Below are positions 38,803 through 52,056 of a DNA stretch of 64,000 nt, in pieces. This stretch comes from Lama guanicoe (taxonomy: Eukaryota). The notes beneath the pieces were generated by a model. The model saw only the letters and a list, made by a program, of their open reading frames with translations. It was not told the DNA's origin and ran no database searches. The position numbers were made by a program, and so were the translations under genes. The first letter of the stretch is position 1. Every line of letters begins with the position of its first letter. The stretch is taken from assembly GCA_013239625.1 (NCBI GenBank), contig MU054001.1:6435078-6499077 (forward strand), written 5' to 3'.

Positions 38803-41800
38803 TATAATGCAGATGAAAGAAATAAATGGGTTCTCCTACAAAAATATATAAAATAAAGAGTTCTTAAAGCCTGCTGTACTATTCAATAAATCCTTTCCCA
38901 TTGTTCATGGAAACATTTCTAGTATTACTCCTGTAACAAATAGTAGTTCCAAGGTACATACCAAACTGTATAAAATGTTTAATATCTCAAAGGATGAGTC
39001 CTAATCCATTTTCATAAGCAAGAACTCAATTTACCCTGAAGTCAATTTTAGAAACAAATTAAATGCTATGTATTTTAAATGACACTGACCTGTTAATGTG
39101 TTATGGTTACCTCTGGTTTTATTAATCCCCAAAACATAAAACAGACAGATTTTTTATGAAGTTTGTTATAATTCCATGCTTTTATATTTAATGACTAACT
39201 TTACGTTTATAGTGTCATAAAGTCACTCTTTTTTTAAACAAGATTTTAAAATTTTTATTTATTCATTTTTTATTTCCATACATAATATAAAATTTACACA
39301 TAACTATTTTAAGTGTACAGTTCAGTCACGTTAAATACAGTCGTAATGTTGTCCTACCATCACCACCGTCTTTTTCCATAACTCTTATCATCTTGTAAAA
39401 CTGAAACTATGCACATTAACTTCCCAGTCTCCCCTTCCTCAGGCCCTCGGCAACCACCACTCTGCATCTCTATGATTTTGACTACTCTAAGTACCTTACG
39501 TAAGTGGAATCATAAAGTGTTTGCCTTTTTTGTGATTGTCTTATTTTACTTACCATAATATCCTCAAGGTTTATCCGTGTTGTAGCATATGTCAGAATTC
39601 TCTTACTAAGGCTGAATAATATTTCGTTGTCTATGTATACCACATTTTTCTTAGTCACTCATACCACAATGGACACTTGATTGCTCCCCGTTTTAGCTAA
39701 AGTATATGATGCTGCTATGTACATGGATGTACAAACATCTTTTAGGGACACTGCTTTTAATTGTTTGGGGTATGTACCCAGAAGTGGAATTGCTAGATCA
39801 AATGGTAGTTCTATGCTTAATGTTTTAGAAACCACCATCACAGCAGCTTTACCATGTTTCATTCCCATCAGCAATGCTCAAGGGTTCTGATTTCTCCACA
39901 TACTTGTCAGCATTTGTTATTTTCTATTTTTTTCAGAGTAGCTATCTTCATGAGCATAATGTTGTATCACATAGTTTTGATTTGCATTTCCCTAATATTT
40001 AGTGATGTTGAGCATCCTTATGTACTTATTGGCCATCTGTGTATCTTCTTTGGAGAAATGTCTGTTCAAGCTCTTTGCTCATGTTTTAATCAGGTTGTTT
40101 TTGTTGTTGAGTTTTAGGAGTTTTCTAATTGGAATATTATTCTCTCATCAGATAAGCAGTTTGCAAATATTTCCTCCTCTTCTTTGGGTTGCCTTTGTAC
40201 TCTGGTGATATTGTCTTTTGATGTAAAAAAAATCTTAATTTTTATGAAGTCCAGTTTGTCTGTTGCATCTTTTTCTGAATGTGTCTTTGATGTCCTATCC
40301 AAGAAATTGTCAGTTACAATGTCATGAAACTTTGGCCCTATATTTTCTTGGAAGTTTTATACTTTGGGTCTTACGTTTAAGCCTTTAATTCATTTTGAAT
40401 TACTTTTTGTATGTAGAGTTAAATAAGAGTCCAACTTTCTTATGTGTGTGTATGTGTGGGAATATCATGTTGTTTCAGCACCATTTGTTGAAAGACTCAT
40501 TATTTCCCCATTGAATGGTCTTGCCATCCTTGTCAAAAATTGTTTGACTGTATATTCAAGGGTTTATTTCAGGAATCTATTCAATTCTATTGACCTGTGC
40601 TATACCTATCTTTATGCTACTACCAACCACACTGGTTTGATTATTGTAGCTTCGAAGTAAGTTTTGAAATTAGGAAGTGTAAGTCCTCCAACTTTGTTCT
40701 TTTTCAAAATTGTCTTGGTAATTTGAGGTTTCTTGAGATTCTATAGGAATTTATGAACTTTAGGATGAGTTTTTCTGTTTCTCAAAAAAAAATGCCATTG
40801 GGATTTTGGTATGGATTGTTCTGAAATTGTAGATCACTTTGGGTGGTATTGACATGTTAACAGTATTGTCTTCTAGTTCATGAAAATGAAATGTGTTTCC
40901 ATTTGTCTTCTTAATGGTTTCTTTCAGCAATGTTTTATAATTTTCATTGTACCTCCTTGGTTAATTTCTATGTATTTTATTCTTTTTGGTTCTACTGTAA
41001 TTGAAATATTTTCTTAATTTCCTTTTAGTATTGTTCATTGTTGGTATATAGAAATGCTGCTAATTTTTGAATATTAATTTTGTATCCTACTGAATTGATT
41101 TATTAGTTCTTACAAGTTTTTGTGGAATCTTTAGGGTTTGTGCATGTGAGATCATATCATCTGTGAGCAGAGAAAATTTGAATTCCTTCTTTCCAATTTG
41201 GATACCTGTTATATCTTTTTTCTTGCCTGGTTGTTCTGGCTAGAATTTCCAGTACTATGTTGAATAGAAGTGGTGATATTGGTCATTCTTACTTTGTTCC
41301 TAATTTTAGAGGAAAAGCTTTTATTAGTCTTTCACAATTGAATATAATGTTCACTGCGGGTTTTATATATTTAACTTTTATCTTGTTGAAGTAGTTTCCA
41401 TTTATTCTTAGTTTCTTGAGTGTTTTTATCATGAAATAGTATTGAATTTTGTTCAATACTTTTTTGGCATCAGTTGAGTTGATCATTTTTTTTTCTTCAT
41501 TCTGTCAATGTGGTGTATTATATTGATCAGTTTTTATATGTTGAACCATCCTTGCATTCCACACATAAATCCCAATTCATCATGGTGTAAGGGACCCTGC
41601 TTGATCCCTTTAGTATGCTGCTGAATTCAGTTTATTAGTAGTTTCTTTTTTCCTTTTTCAGTTTCATTAGGCAGAATTACTACAGTTCAACTGCACATAC
41701 ACATCATATTGCATGTAAATACATATATACAGTACACTGCACATTTTTTTAGTTTACATATATGTACTGAGGACTTTTTTTATCAGTATTCATAAGCATT

Positions 41801-44047
41801 ATTATTTTGTAGTTTTTTTTTTCTTGCAGTATCATATTCTGGCTTTGGTGTCAGGTAATGTTTGTCTCATACAATGAATAAAGAAATATTCCTTTCTCTT
41901 TGTTTTTTTGTTTTTTTTGAAAAGTTTGAGATGAATTAGTATTAGTTCTTCTTTAAATATTTGGTAGCATTTGCTAGTAAAGAATCGGATCCAAGAATTT
42001 TTTTGTCAAGACATTTTGGATTTCTGATTCCAAATCCTTACTAGTTGTAGATCTATTTAGATTTTATATTTCTTCATGATTTACATTCACAGTACTCTCT
42101 TATAATCTTTTTTACTTATATAGGATTGGTAGTAATGTCCCACATGCATTTCTGATTTTAGTAATGTGTGCCTTCTCTCTTTTTTTTCTCTTAGTCCATC
42201 TAAGTAAGTTTTGTCAGTTTTGTTGGTCTTTTCCAAAAACCAATTCTTGGTTTCATTGATATTCTCTATTATTTTTCTATTCCCTATTATATTCATCTCT
42301 ACTCTGATATTATTTCCTTTCTTCTGATAGCTTTGGAACTAGCTTGTTTTTCTTCTCTAGTTCTTTAAGTTATAAAGTTAGGTTGTTTATTTGAGATTGT
42401 TATTGTTTTTTAATGGAAGCATTTATAGCTATAAATGTCCCCTGTAGCACTGCTTTTGCAATAAGTCCCATAAGTTTAAGTTGTATTTTTGTTTTCTTTC
42501 ATTTCTCAGTATTTTTAATTTTTCCTTGTGATTTCTTTGTTGGTCCATTGGTTTTTTTAAAGAGTGTGTTGTTTAATTTCCACAAATTTGTGATTTTTTT
42601 AGTTTTAATTCTATTGTTGATTTTTAACTACATCCCATTGTAGTCAGAGGAGATGCTTTATACAATATCTATCTTTTTAAATCTTAGAAAGAATTAAATT
42701 GTGGCCTAACATATGCTCTATCTTGGCATATATCCAGTGGGCATGTGAGAAGAATGTGCATACTGCTGTGTTGTTGGGTGAAATGTTCTGGTTGTGTCTA
42801 TTAGATCTAGTTAGTTTATTTTGTTGTTTAAGTCTTCTATTTCTTTAGTTAAATTCTGTCTGGCTATTCTGTTCATTATTGATAGTAGGATATTGAAGTA
42901 TCCAACTGTTGTTGTAAAACTGATATATCTGCCTTCAGTTCTGTCAGTTTTTGCTTCATGTTTTAGAATATGAAATATTTCATATTTTATCTCACATTTT
43001 GCTAGTCCTTTGTTAAGTATGTAAATGTTTGTAATTATTATGTCTTCTTGCTGCATTGAATGTTTTTTAAATAGGTAATGTTTAGTTCTTGTAGCCTTTT
43101 TTGATAATAGAGTCTGTTTTGTCTAATATAGTCACCTCTGCTCATTTTTTATTATTATTTACATTGAATATCTTTTTCCATCCTCTTTTAATTTTTTTTG
43201 TGTGACTTTGGATCTAAAGTGAGTCTCTTGTGACAGCGATGTATGATTTAGTCATATATTTTTATCCATTCTGCCAATTTCTGCCTTTTGATTGGAATAT
43301 TTAATCCATTTATTATAAAATAATGACTGATAAAGATAGATTTTCATCATTTTGCTAATTGTTTTCTATATGAGCTATAGCTTTTTTGTCTCTCATTTCC
43401 TAAATTCCTCTCTTCTTTTGTGTTTAGTTGATTTTTTGGTAGTGAAATGTTTACATTCTTTTCTCATTTCCTTTTGTGTATATTCTGTATCTGTTTTCTT
43501 TGTGGTTACCATAAGGATGACACTTAATATTCTAAAGTTATGACACTCTAAATTTATACCTGCTTGACTTCAAAAACTCCTTTTCTACTCTGTCCCCACT
43601 CCTTTATTCTTAAATTATGTTGTAAACAAATGTGTTGTTACAAACCAGAAGTATGATCATACTAATTTTTAGACTAGTGATTTTTTAAACAATGTATTAT
43701 TCCCTTACATCATGTAGAAAATGAAAAATAGCATTAAAAACCGTTGTTCCAATAATACTAGCTTTTATAATTTCCCATGTACTTACCATTGTTGAGATCT
43801 TTATTTTACATACAGTTTTCAAGATACTGTCTAGTGTTCCTTCACTTCACCTTGAAGGATGCCCTTGAGCATTTCTCTCAGAGTAGATCTAGGGTCACAA
43901 ATTCCCTCAGCTTTTGTTTATGTGGGAATGTCTTAATTCTTGTCTTACTATTGAAGGATAGTTTTGCTAGATATAGGGTTCTTGGGTTGTTTGTTTTCTT
44001 TTAGCATTTGGAATATATTGGCCACTGTCTTCTGGCCTCCAATGTTT

Positions 44048-47000
44048 GGGGGTTTTTTTCACTTTTTTTATTGAGTTATAGTCATTTCACAATGTTGTGT
44101 CAATTTTCAGCGTAGAGCACAATTTTTCAGTTATACATTAACGTACATATATTCATTGTTATTTTTTTCTGCTGTGAGCTACCACAAGATCTTGTATATA
44201 TTTTCCTGTGCTATACAGTATAATCTTGTTTATCTATTCTACATATGCCTGTCAGTATCTACAAAATCCAAGCTCCCAGTCTGTCACTTCCCACCCTCTT
44301 ACTCTTTGGCAACAACAAGTTTGTATTCTGTGTCTGTGAGTCTGCGTCTATTTTGTATTTATGTTCTTTTTTTTTTTTTTAAGATTCTACATATGAACGA
44401 TCTCATGGTATTTTTCTTTTTCTTTCTGGCTTACTTCACTTAGAATGACATTCTCCAGGGACATCCCATGTAGCTGCAAATGGTGTTATGTTGTTGTTTA
44501 TTACGACTGTTGTTTTTTATTCCATTGTATAAATATACCACATCTTCTTTATCCAGTCATCTGTTAATGGACATTTAGGCTGTTTACATGTCTTGGCTGT
44601 TGTAAATAGTGCTGGTATGCACTTTGGGGTGCAGGTGTCTTTTTGAATTAGGGTTCCTTCTGGATATATGTCCAGGAGCGGGATTCCTGGGTCATATGGT
44701 AAGTCTATTCCTAGTCTTTTGAGGAATCTCCATACTGTTTTCCACAGTGGCTACACCAAACTGCATTCCCACCAGCAGTGTAGGAGGGGTCCCTTTTCTC
44801 CACAGCCTCTCCAGCATTTGTCATTTGTGGACTTTTGAATGATGGCCATTCTGACTGGTGTGAGGTGATACTTCATTGTAGTTTTGATTTCCATTTCTCT
44901 GATAATTAGCGATATTGAGCATTTTTTCATGTGCCCATTAGTCATTCATGTGTATTCCTTGGAGAATTGCTTGTTTAGGTCTTCTGCCCATTTTTGAATT
45001 GGGTTGTTTGTTTTTTTCTTATTAAGTTGTACGAGCTGCTTATATATTCTTGTGATCAAGCCTTTGTCTGTTTTATCTTTTATAAAAATTTTTTCTTATT
45101 CTGTAGGTTGTCATTTTGTTTTAATTATGGTTTCCTTTGCTGTGCAGAAGCTTATAAGTTTTGTTAGGTCCCATTTGTTTATTCTTGCTTTTATTTCTAT
45201 TGCTTGTGTAGACTGCCCTAGGAGAACATTTTTGAGATGTACGTCAGATAATGTTTTGCCTATATTTTCTTCTAAGAGGAGGTTTATTGTATCTTGTCTT
45301 ATGTTTAATTCTTTGATCCATTTTGAGTTTATTTTTGTGTACGGTGTAAGGGAGTGTTCTAGCTTCATTGATTTACATGCTGCTGTCCAGTTTTCCCAAT
45401 ACCATTTGCTGAAGAGACTGTCTTTATTCCATTGTATATCCTTGCTTCCTTTGTCAAAGATTAGTTGATCAAAAGTTTATGGGTTCATTTCTGGGCTCTC
45501 TATTCTCTTTCATTGTTCCATATGTCTGTTTTTTTTTTTTTAACCAATACCATGCTGTTTTGATTACTATAGCTCTGTAGTATTGTCTGAAGTCTGGGAG
45601 AATTATTCCTCCAGCCTCTTTCATTTTCTTCAGTAATGCTTTGGCAATTCTAGGTCTTTGATGGTTCCATATAAATTTTATTATGATTTGTTCTAGTTCT
45701 GTGAAATATGTCCTGGGTAATTTGATAGGGATTGCATTAAATCTGTAGATTGCCTTGGGCAGTATGACCATTTTTACAATATTGATTCTTCCAATCCAGG
45801 AGCAGGGGATAGCTTTCCCTTTTTTTAAGTCTTCTTTAATTTCCTTAATGAGTGTTTTATAGTTCACCATGTATAAGTCATTCACCTCCTTGGTCAGATT
45901 TATTCTTAGGTATTTTATTACTTTGGGTTCTATTTTAAAGGGGATTGATTCTTTACTTTCTTTTACTGTTGATTCATTGTTACTGTAAACAAATGCAACT
46001 GATTTTTGTATGTTTATCTTGTAACCTGCTACTTTGCTGAATTCTTCGATCAGCTCTAGTAGTTTTTGTGTGGAGCTTTTAGAGTTTTCTGTATATAGTA
46101 TCGTGTCGTCTGCATATAGTGGCACTTTTACCTCTTGTTTTCCAATTTGGATCCCTTTTATTTCTCTCTCTCTTGCCTGATTTCTGTGGCTAGGACTTCC
46201 AAGACTATGTTGAATAGGAATGGTGAGAGTGGGCATCCTTGTCTTATCCCAGATTTTAATGGGAAATTTTTGAGTTTTTCACCATTGAGTACTATGCTGG
46301 CTGTAGGTGTGTCATATATAGCTTTTATTATGTTGAGATATGTTCCCTCTATACCCACTTTGGTGAGAGTTTTTATCATAAATGGGTTTTGAATTTTATC
46401 AAATGTTTTCTCTCCGTCTGTTGAGATGATCATGCAGTTTTTGTGCTTAGTCTTATTGATGTGATGTATTACATTGATTGATTTCTGTAAGTTGAACCCT
46501 TGTGTCCCTGGATGAACTCCACTTGGTCATGATGTATAATCTTTTTGTGTGCTGTTGAATTCTATTTGCTAATATTTTGGTAAGGATTTTTGCATGTATG
46601 TTCATCAGTGATATTGGTCTGTAATTCTCTTTTTTGGTGAGATCTTTGCCTGGTTTTGGTATCATGGTGATGGTAGCTTCATAGAATGAGTTTGGGAGTA
46701 TTCCCTCCTTTTCAGTTTTCTGGAAGATTTTGAGAAGGACTGTATGAGTTCTTCTTTGTATGTTTCATAGAATTCCCTGGTGAAGCCGTCTGGTCTTGGA
46801 CTTTTATTTGTAGAGAGGTTTTTTATTGCTAATTCAATTTAATTTCTAGTGATTGGTTTGTTCAGGTGGTCAGTTTCTTCTTGATTCAGTCTTGGTGGAC
46901 TGTATGTTTCCAGAAACTTGTCCATCTCCTCTAGGTTATCCATTTTGCTTCCATGTATTTTTTCATAATATTTTCATATGATATTCTGTTTTTCTGTGTT

Positions 47001-50000
47001 ATTTGTTGTAATTTCCCCATTTTCCTTTTTTATTTTGCTTATTTGTGCTCTCTCTTTTTTCTTCTTTGTAAATTTGGCCAGAGGTTTGTTGATTTTATTT
47101 ACTTTTAAAAAAAAACAGCTTTAGGTTTGATTGATTTTTTTCTATTTTTTTTAATCTCTATTTTATTTATTTCCTCCCTAATCTTTTTTATTTCCTTCCT
47201 TCTGCTGACTTTTGGGTTATTTTACTCTTCTTTTTCTAATTCTTTTAGCTAGTGGATTAGATTGTTTATTTGAGATTGTTCTTTTTTTGAGGAAGGCCTG
47301 TATTACTATAAACTTCCCTCTTAGCACTGCCTCTACTGTGTCCCATAAATTTTGTGTTGTTGTGTTTTCATTGTCATTTGTCTCAAGGTATTTTTTAATT
47401 TCAACTTTCATTTCATCATTGACCCATTGGCTTTTTAATAGCATGTTGTTTAATCTCCATGCCTTCCTTTTTTTCTCCTTTGTTTCTCTGTAGTTGATTT
47501 CTAGTTTCATGGCATTGTGGTCAGCAAAGATGCTTGAGATAATTTCTATCTTCTTAAAATTGCTGAGGCTTCTTTTGTGCCCACGTACATGATCAATCCT
47601 AGAAAATGTTCCATGTGCACTTGAAAAGAATGTATATCCTTTTGGGGGGGGAGTGTAATGCTCTGAAAATAATCCAGCAAATCTAATATTTCTGTTGTTT
47701 CATTTAATTTCTCTATTGCCTTGTTTATTTTCTGTCTGGGAGATCTGTCTAGTGATGTTAATGCAGTGTTAAAATCTCCAACAATTATTGTATTCCTGTC
47801 AATTTCCCCTTTTATCTCTGTTATTAACTGTTTTATGTACTTAGGTGCTCCTATATTGGGTGCATATATATTTATGAGTGTAATATCCTCATCTTGTATT
47901 ACTCCGTTAATCATTATGTAATGTCCTTCTTTATCTTTCTTTATGGTCTTTGTTTTAAAGTCTATTTTGTCTGAAATCAGTATTGTGCACCTGCATTTTT
48001 GGCTTTTCCATTTGCATGGAATATCCTTTTCCATCTTTTCACTCTGAATCTGTATTGTTTCCTTCTCCCTAAAGTGATTCTCTTGTATGCAGCATATTGA
48101 AGGTTCTTGCTTTATTATCCAGTTTGCCACTCTATGTCTTTTGATTGGAGCATTTAGTCCATTAACATTTACAGTAATTAATGATAGACATGTGTTTATT
48201 GCCATTTTGAACTTGTTTTTGCAGTTGATTTGGTATTTCGTCTCTGTTCCTTTCTTCTTCCTTTTGTGGTTTAGTAATTTTCCTTTGTATTATCTTGGAC
48301 TTTATTTATTTATTGTGATTCACTTGTAAGTTTTTGGCTTGTGGTTATCCTTTTTTTAAGTCTATTAACCCATTACTATAACTTTGTATTAAGCAGATAG
48401 TAATATAAGCTCAAACCCATCCTACCAAGAACAAAAAATTTAAAAAGAAAAACAACAACTCTATTTTTTTTGCTTCGCTCTCCCACTCCTAATTATTTAG
48501 ATGCCTTCTTTTACAATTTCATGTTTATTCTATTTGTAATTCATGGTAGTTATTGCCTTTCCAGTTATGAGTTTCTCATTTCTGTAGCATCCTGCTTCTT
48601 TTCTATTTAGAGTAGACCTTTCAATATTTCTTTCAGCATGGGTTTAGTGTTGCTTAACTCTTCTAGTTTTTGCTTGTCTGTAAAGTTCTTTATCTCTCCT
48701 TCTATTCTAAAGGATAACCTTGCTGGATAAAGTATCCTAGGCTGCATCTTTTTTTCATCCAGGACTTTGAATATATCTTGCCACTCCCTTCTGGCCTATA
48801 CTATTTGTGTAGAGGAAATCAGCTGAAAGCCTTATAGAGGTTCACTTTTAACTCATTCCTTGTTTTTCTCTCGCTGCCTTTAGGACCACTTCTTTATCCT
48901 TGATTCTGGCCATCTTGATTATGATATGTCTTGGTGTGGGTCTGTTTGGATTCTTCCTTTTTGGGCCCCTCTGAGCTTCCTGTACTTGGACATCTGATTC
49001 CTTCTTTAGGTTTGGGAAGTTTTCAGTCATGATTTCTTCAAATACTTTTTCAATCCCCTTTGTTCTTTCTTCCCCTTCTTGAACCCCTCTTATGCATAGA
49101 TTGGCATGTTTTGTATTATCCCGTAGGTCCCTTACATTGTTTTCATTGTTTTTTGTTTGTTTTTCTCTCGGCTGTTCTGATTGGGTGCTTTCTGTTGTCC
49201 TGTCTTCGAGATCACTTATTCGTTCCTCTGCATTATCTAACCTGCTTTGTACAGCCTTTAGGTGAGCTCTCATCTCAGCCAACGAGTTCATCACTTCTAC
49301 TTGCCTCTTTTTTACAGCCTCAGTTTCATTTTTGATTTTATATCTCTAAACATTATCTCTTTTAGTTCCTTCAGTACTTTGATCACTCCTTTTTTGAAAT
49401 CTTGATCTAGTAGGCCATCAATGTCTATTTCACTGATCATTCTTTCAGGGGATTTCTCTTGCTCTTTTAATTGGGAGTGGTTCCTCTGCTTCTAAATCTT
49501 GCTCATATCTCTCTGGCACTATGGCTTATGGAGTATCAGTTATCTAGTTTGGTTCTTAAGGAGTTTATTTATTTATCTATTTAAAGCCTATGCAGGAATA
49601 AAACTTTAAAAAAGAATTTTAAAAGAAGAGAGAAAAAATGTTTGAGAACAATGTATAATCAATAACAGGAGATCAAACCAATTGAAATAAAAATGAAATG
49701 AGGTTTATTTTAAAAAACTATAATAATAAAAAATATTTTAAAAGAAAAATTTTAAAGGGATTAAAACTGGAGACATATACAATTGTTTAAAAAGTAAAAA
49801 TTAAAAAGGTAATAGAAAATAGAACAGATAAGAAGTAGATTTTTTAAAAGGGGGATGTGTTCTCATGGAGACTGTGCGCTCTTAATGATTTTATCTAGAG
49901 GTCTTTCTATCTTCACCCTATTTCATGAACTCAGCTTGCTGCTTCCAGAGGCCCTCTGTTGGCACCCGTGGTCTGTGCTGCTCCCAGTGCCTCTCGGTAA

Positions 50001-51137
50001 GCAAGTCACGTTCCATCCCAACACTGCGATCAGGTGTTGTGCTCTTACACGGCGGGCAGTCAGGTCACTCCCCCTCCCGATGCTGTGGTCAGATGCTGTG
50101 CTCATGCAAGGTAGGCGGGCAGGTCACACCCCCTCCCAACACTACAGTCACGTGCTGTGCTGTTACACAGTGGGCGGGCAGGTGACTCCTCTTCCCAATG
50201 CTGAGGTCAGATGTTGTGCTCCGGCAAGGTAGGTGGGCTAACCGCGCCCCCTCCCAGCACCATGGTCAGGTGCTCTGCTCCTGCCAGGAAGGCAGGTGGC
50301 CACCCACCCTCTCCTGGCGCCAGACACTCCCCTGCTCTGTGCAGGTGCCTGCTCCACCTCAGGTCCACGCTTCATAGGCGGGCTCAGGGAAAATGGTGGA
50401 ACAGCCCTACCCCTGCTCCGTGCCAAAACTCAGCTCCTTGTTTTTCTTAGAGGTACCAGGCCAGAAAGATCCTATCTGCCTTGGGCCGTAAACAAGTCTC
50501 TGGGCTTTGAGGTTGCTAAGCCCTTAGGTACAGATTCAGGTTTTGACCCCACCCCCACCTGGGTGCTAAGCTCCAGAGGATATAGGGCTGTGGCTGAGCC
50601 CCACCTCTCTTCTGAAAACCTTCGGTAAATTTCCAGAGATGGTGGTGTGATGCTCTTCCCCCTAGGGCACATCAGCCGTTTTGTTTTTTTTTTCTTTGTA
50701 TTTTATGGAGAGCCCATGTTGTATTGCCCTGTGTACCCACTTATCAATGACGCACAGCACCCTGCAGTACCCCAGGGTGCTCCGTACAGATCCAAGCCTC
50801 AGAGGTTCCCCCTCCATCCCAGTCACCTCTTCGTTGGAGAGAGGGAGACCCAGGGAACGAGCACTATTCCTCCTCTGCCGCTCCCTCCCTGAGCACTATT
50901 TCTCCTTTGCCACTCCCTCCCTGTGGGACCGGTCCCATGCTGTTCTACTTTTTTTTCTTTCTGTTTTCCTTTTCTCCTACCAGATTCGTGGTGTCTTTGT
51001 CTTTTGAAGAGGGCAATGTTTTGTCAGAGTTCAACAGGTGTTCTTGTTGGCTGGGTGGGTCCATGGATGTGAGTTTTGGTGTATTTGTGGGAGAGGGTGA
51101 GCTACAAGTGTCCCTCTACTCTGCCATCTTGGCCCCC
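44048..51137 (-). mobile_element. Younger full-length LINE-1 (about 7.1 kb; ORF1 about 49506-48607, ORF2 from 48205, both disrupted)
   Basis: The 5' end GGGGGCCAAGATGGC carries the YY1-type motif. ORF2 endonuclease (SLITVNVNGLNAPIKR, IIVGDFN) and RT ([15 protein letters not shown]) fragments reach 255 aa. 17-bp TSD tctggcctccaRtgttt at 44031-44047 and 51138-51154. Confidence 0.97.
50000..50320. repeat. 59-bp tandem array (about 5 copies) in the L1 5'UTR
   Basis: The tccc anchor recurs at 50016, 50075, 50134, 50193 and 50252, with a degenerate tcct at 50312. Confidence 0.9.
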
Positions 51138-51964
51138 TCTGGCCTCCAGTGTTTCTGATGTAAAAATGTGTTTATGGTCTTACTGAGAATTCTTTATATG
51201 TCATAGATTGTTTTCAGTATTCTCTCTTTGCCTTGGTTTTTTAAAGTTTTGATTGTAATGTCTTGGTGTAGGCTTCTTTGAATTCATCTTTTTTGGAATT
51301 TATTGAGCTTCTTAAATATTTATGTTCATGTTTTTCATCAAATTTGGGAAGTTTTCAACCATTTTTTTTCATATATTCTCTCTGCCCGTTTCTTTCTTTT
51401 CTTTCTGAGATTCCCCACAGTGTCCCACAGGTGTTTCAAGCTGTGTTCACTTTTCTTCAGTCTTATTTCTCTGTTCTTCAGACTTAATAATTTCCATTGT
51501 TCTATCTTCAAATTCACTGAGTTTTTTTCTTCTGCCTGCTCAGATCTGCCTTTTAATCCCTCTAGTGAATTTTTCATTTCAGTTATTGTAATTTTTAGCT
51601 CCAAAATTTCTGTGTTTTTTTTAGGTTTTCTGTCTCTTTATTGATATTTCATACACTATTTGAAATGAACCATTTCGTTCATCATTTTCATGACTTCCTG
51701 CGCATCTTCCTTTAATTCTTTGACCGTCTTTAAGACTGTTGTTTTAAATTCTTTGTCTAGTAGTTGTGTCATCAGGTCTTGTTCAGGGAGTTTCTGTTGA
51801 TTTTTTTTTTTACTTTGAATAAGCTGTTCTTTCCTTTTTCTTTGTATGCATTGTGATTTCTCATTGAACACTGGACATTTGAATTTAATAATGTGGTAAT
51901 TCTTGAAATCAGACTTTCCCCTTCCCTAGGTCTTGCTGTTTTTTGTTACTGTTTTGGGGTGTTT

Positions 51965-52056
51965 TTAACTTATTTTTTTATTGAAGGTACTGGGGATTGA
52001 ACCCAGGACCTCATGCATGCTCAGACCAAACTCTACCACTGAGCTATACCCTCCTC
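51965..52056 (-). mobile_element. vic-1-like tRNA SINE inside the old L1
   Basis: ggtactggggattgaacccaggacctcatgcatgc...ctctaccactgagctataccctcc is the reverse complement of the SINE head. Confidence 0.88.

Noticed and set aside
50000..50320. CRISPR-like array
   Set aside because: The units are similar along their whole length with no unique spacers, and the context is a mammalian L1 5'UTR.
49855..51007. Antisense ORFs in the L1 5'UTR as an ORF0 homologue
   Set aside because: There is no recognisable similarity to primate ORF0, and open frames are expected in GC-rich repetitive sequence. Only the splice-site architecture was kept as a finding.
44048..51137. Active, retrotransposition-competent L1 or a domesticated RT gene
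   Set aside because: ORF1 has an early stop, and ORF2 is broken into many frames by stops and frameshifts.
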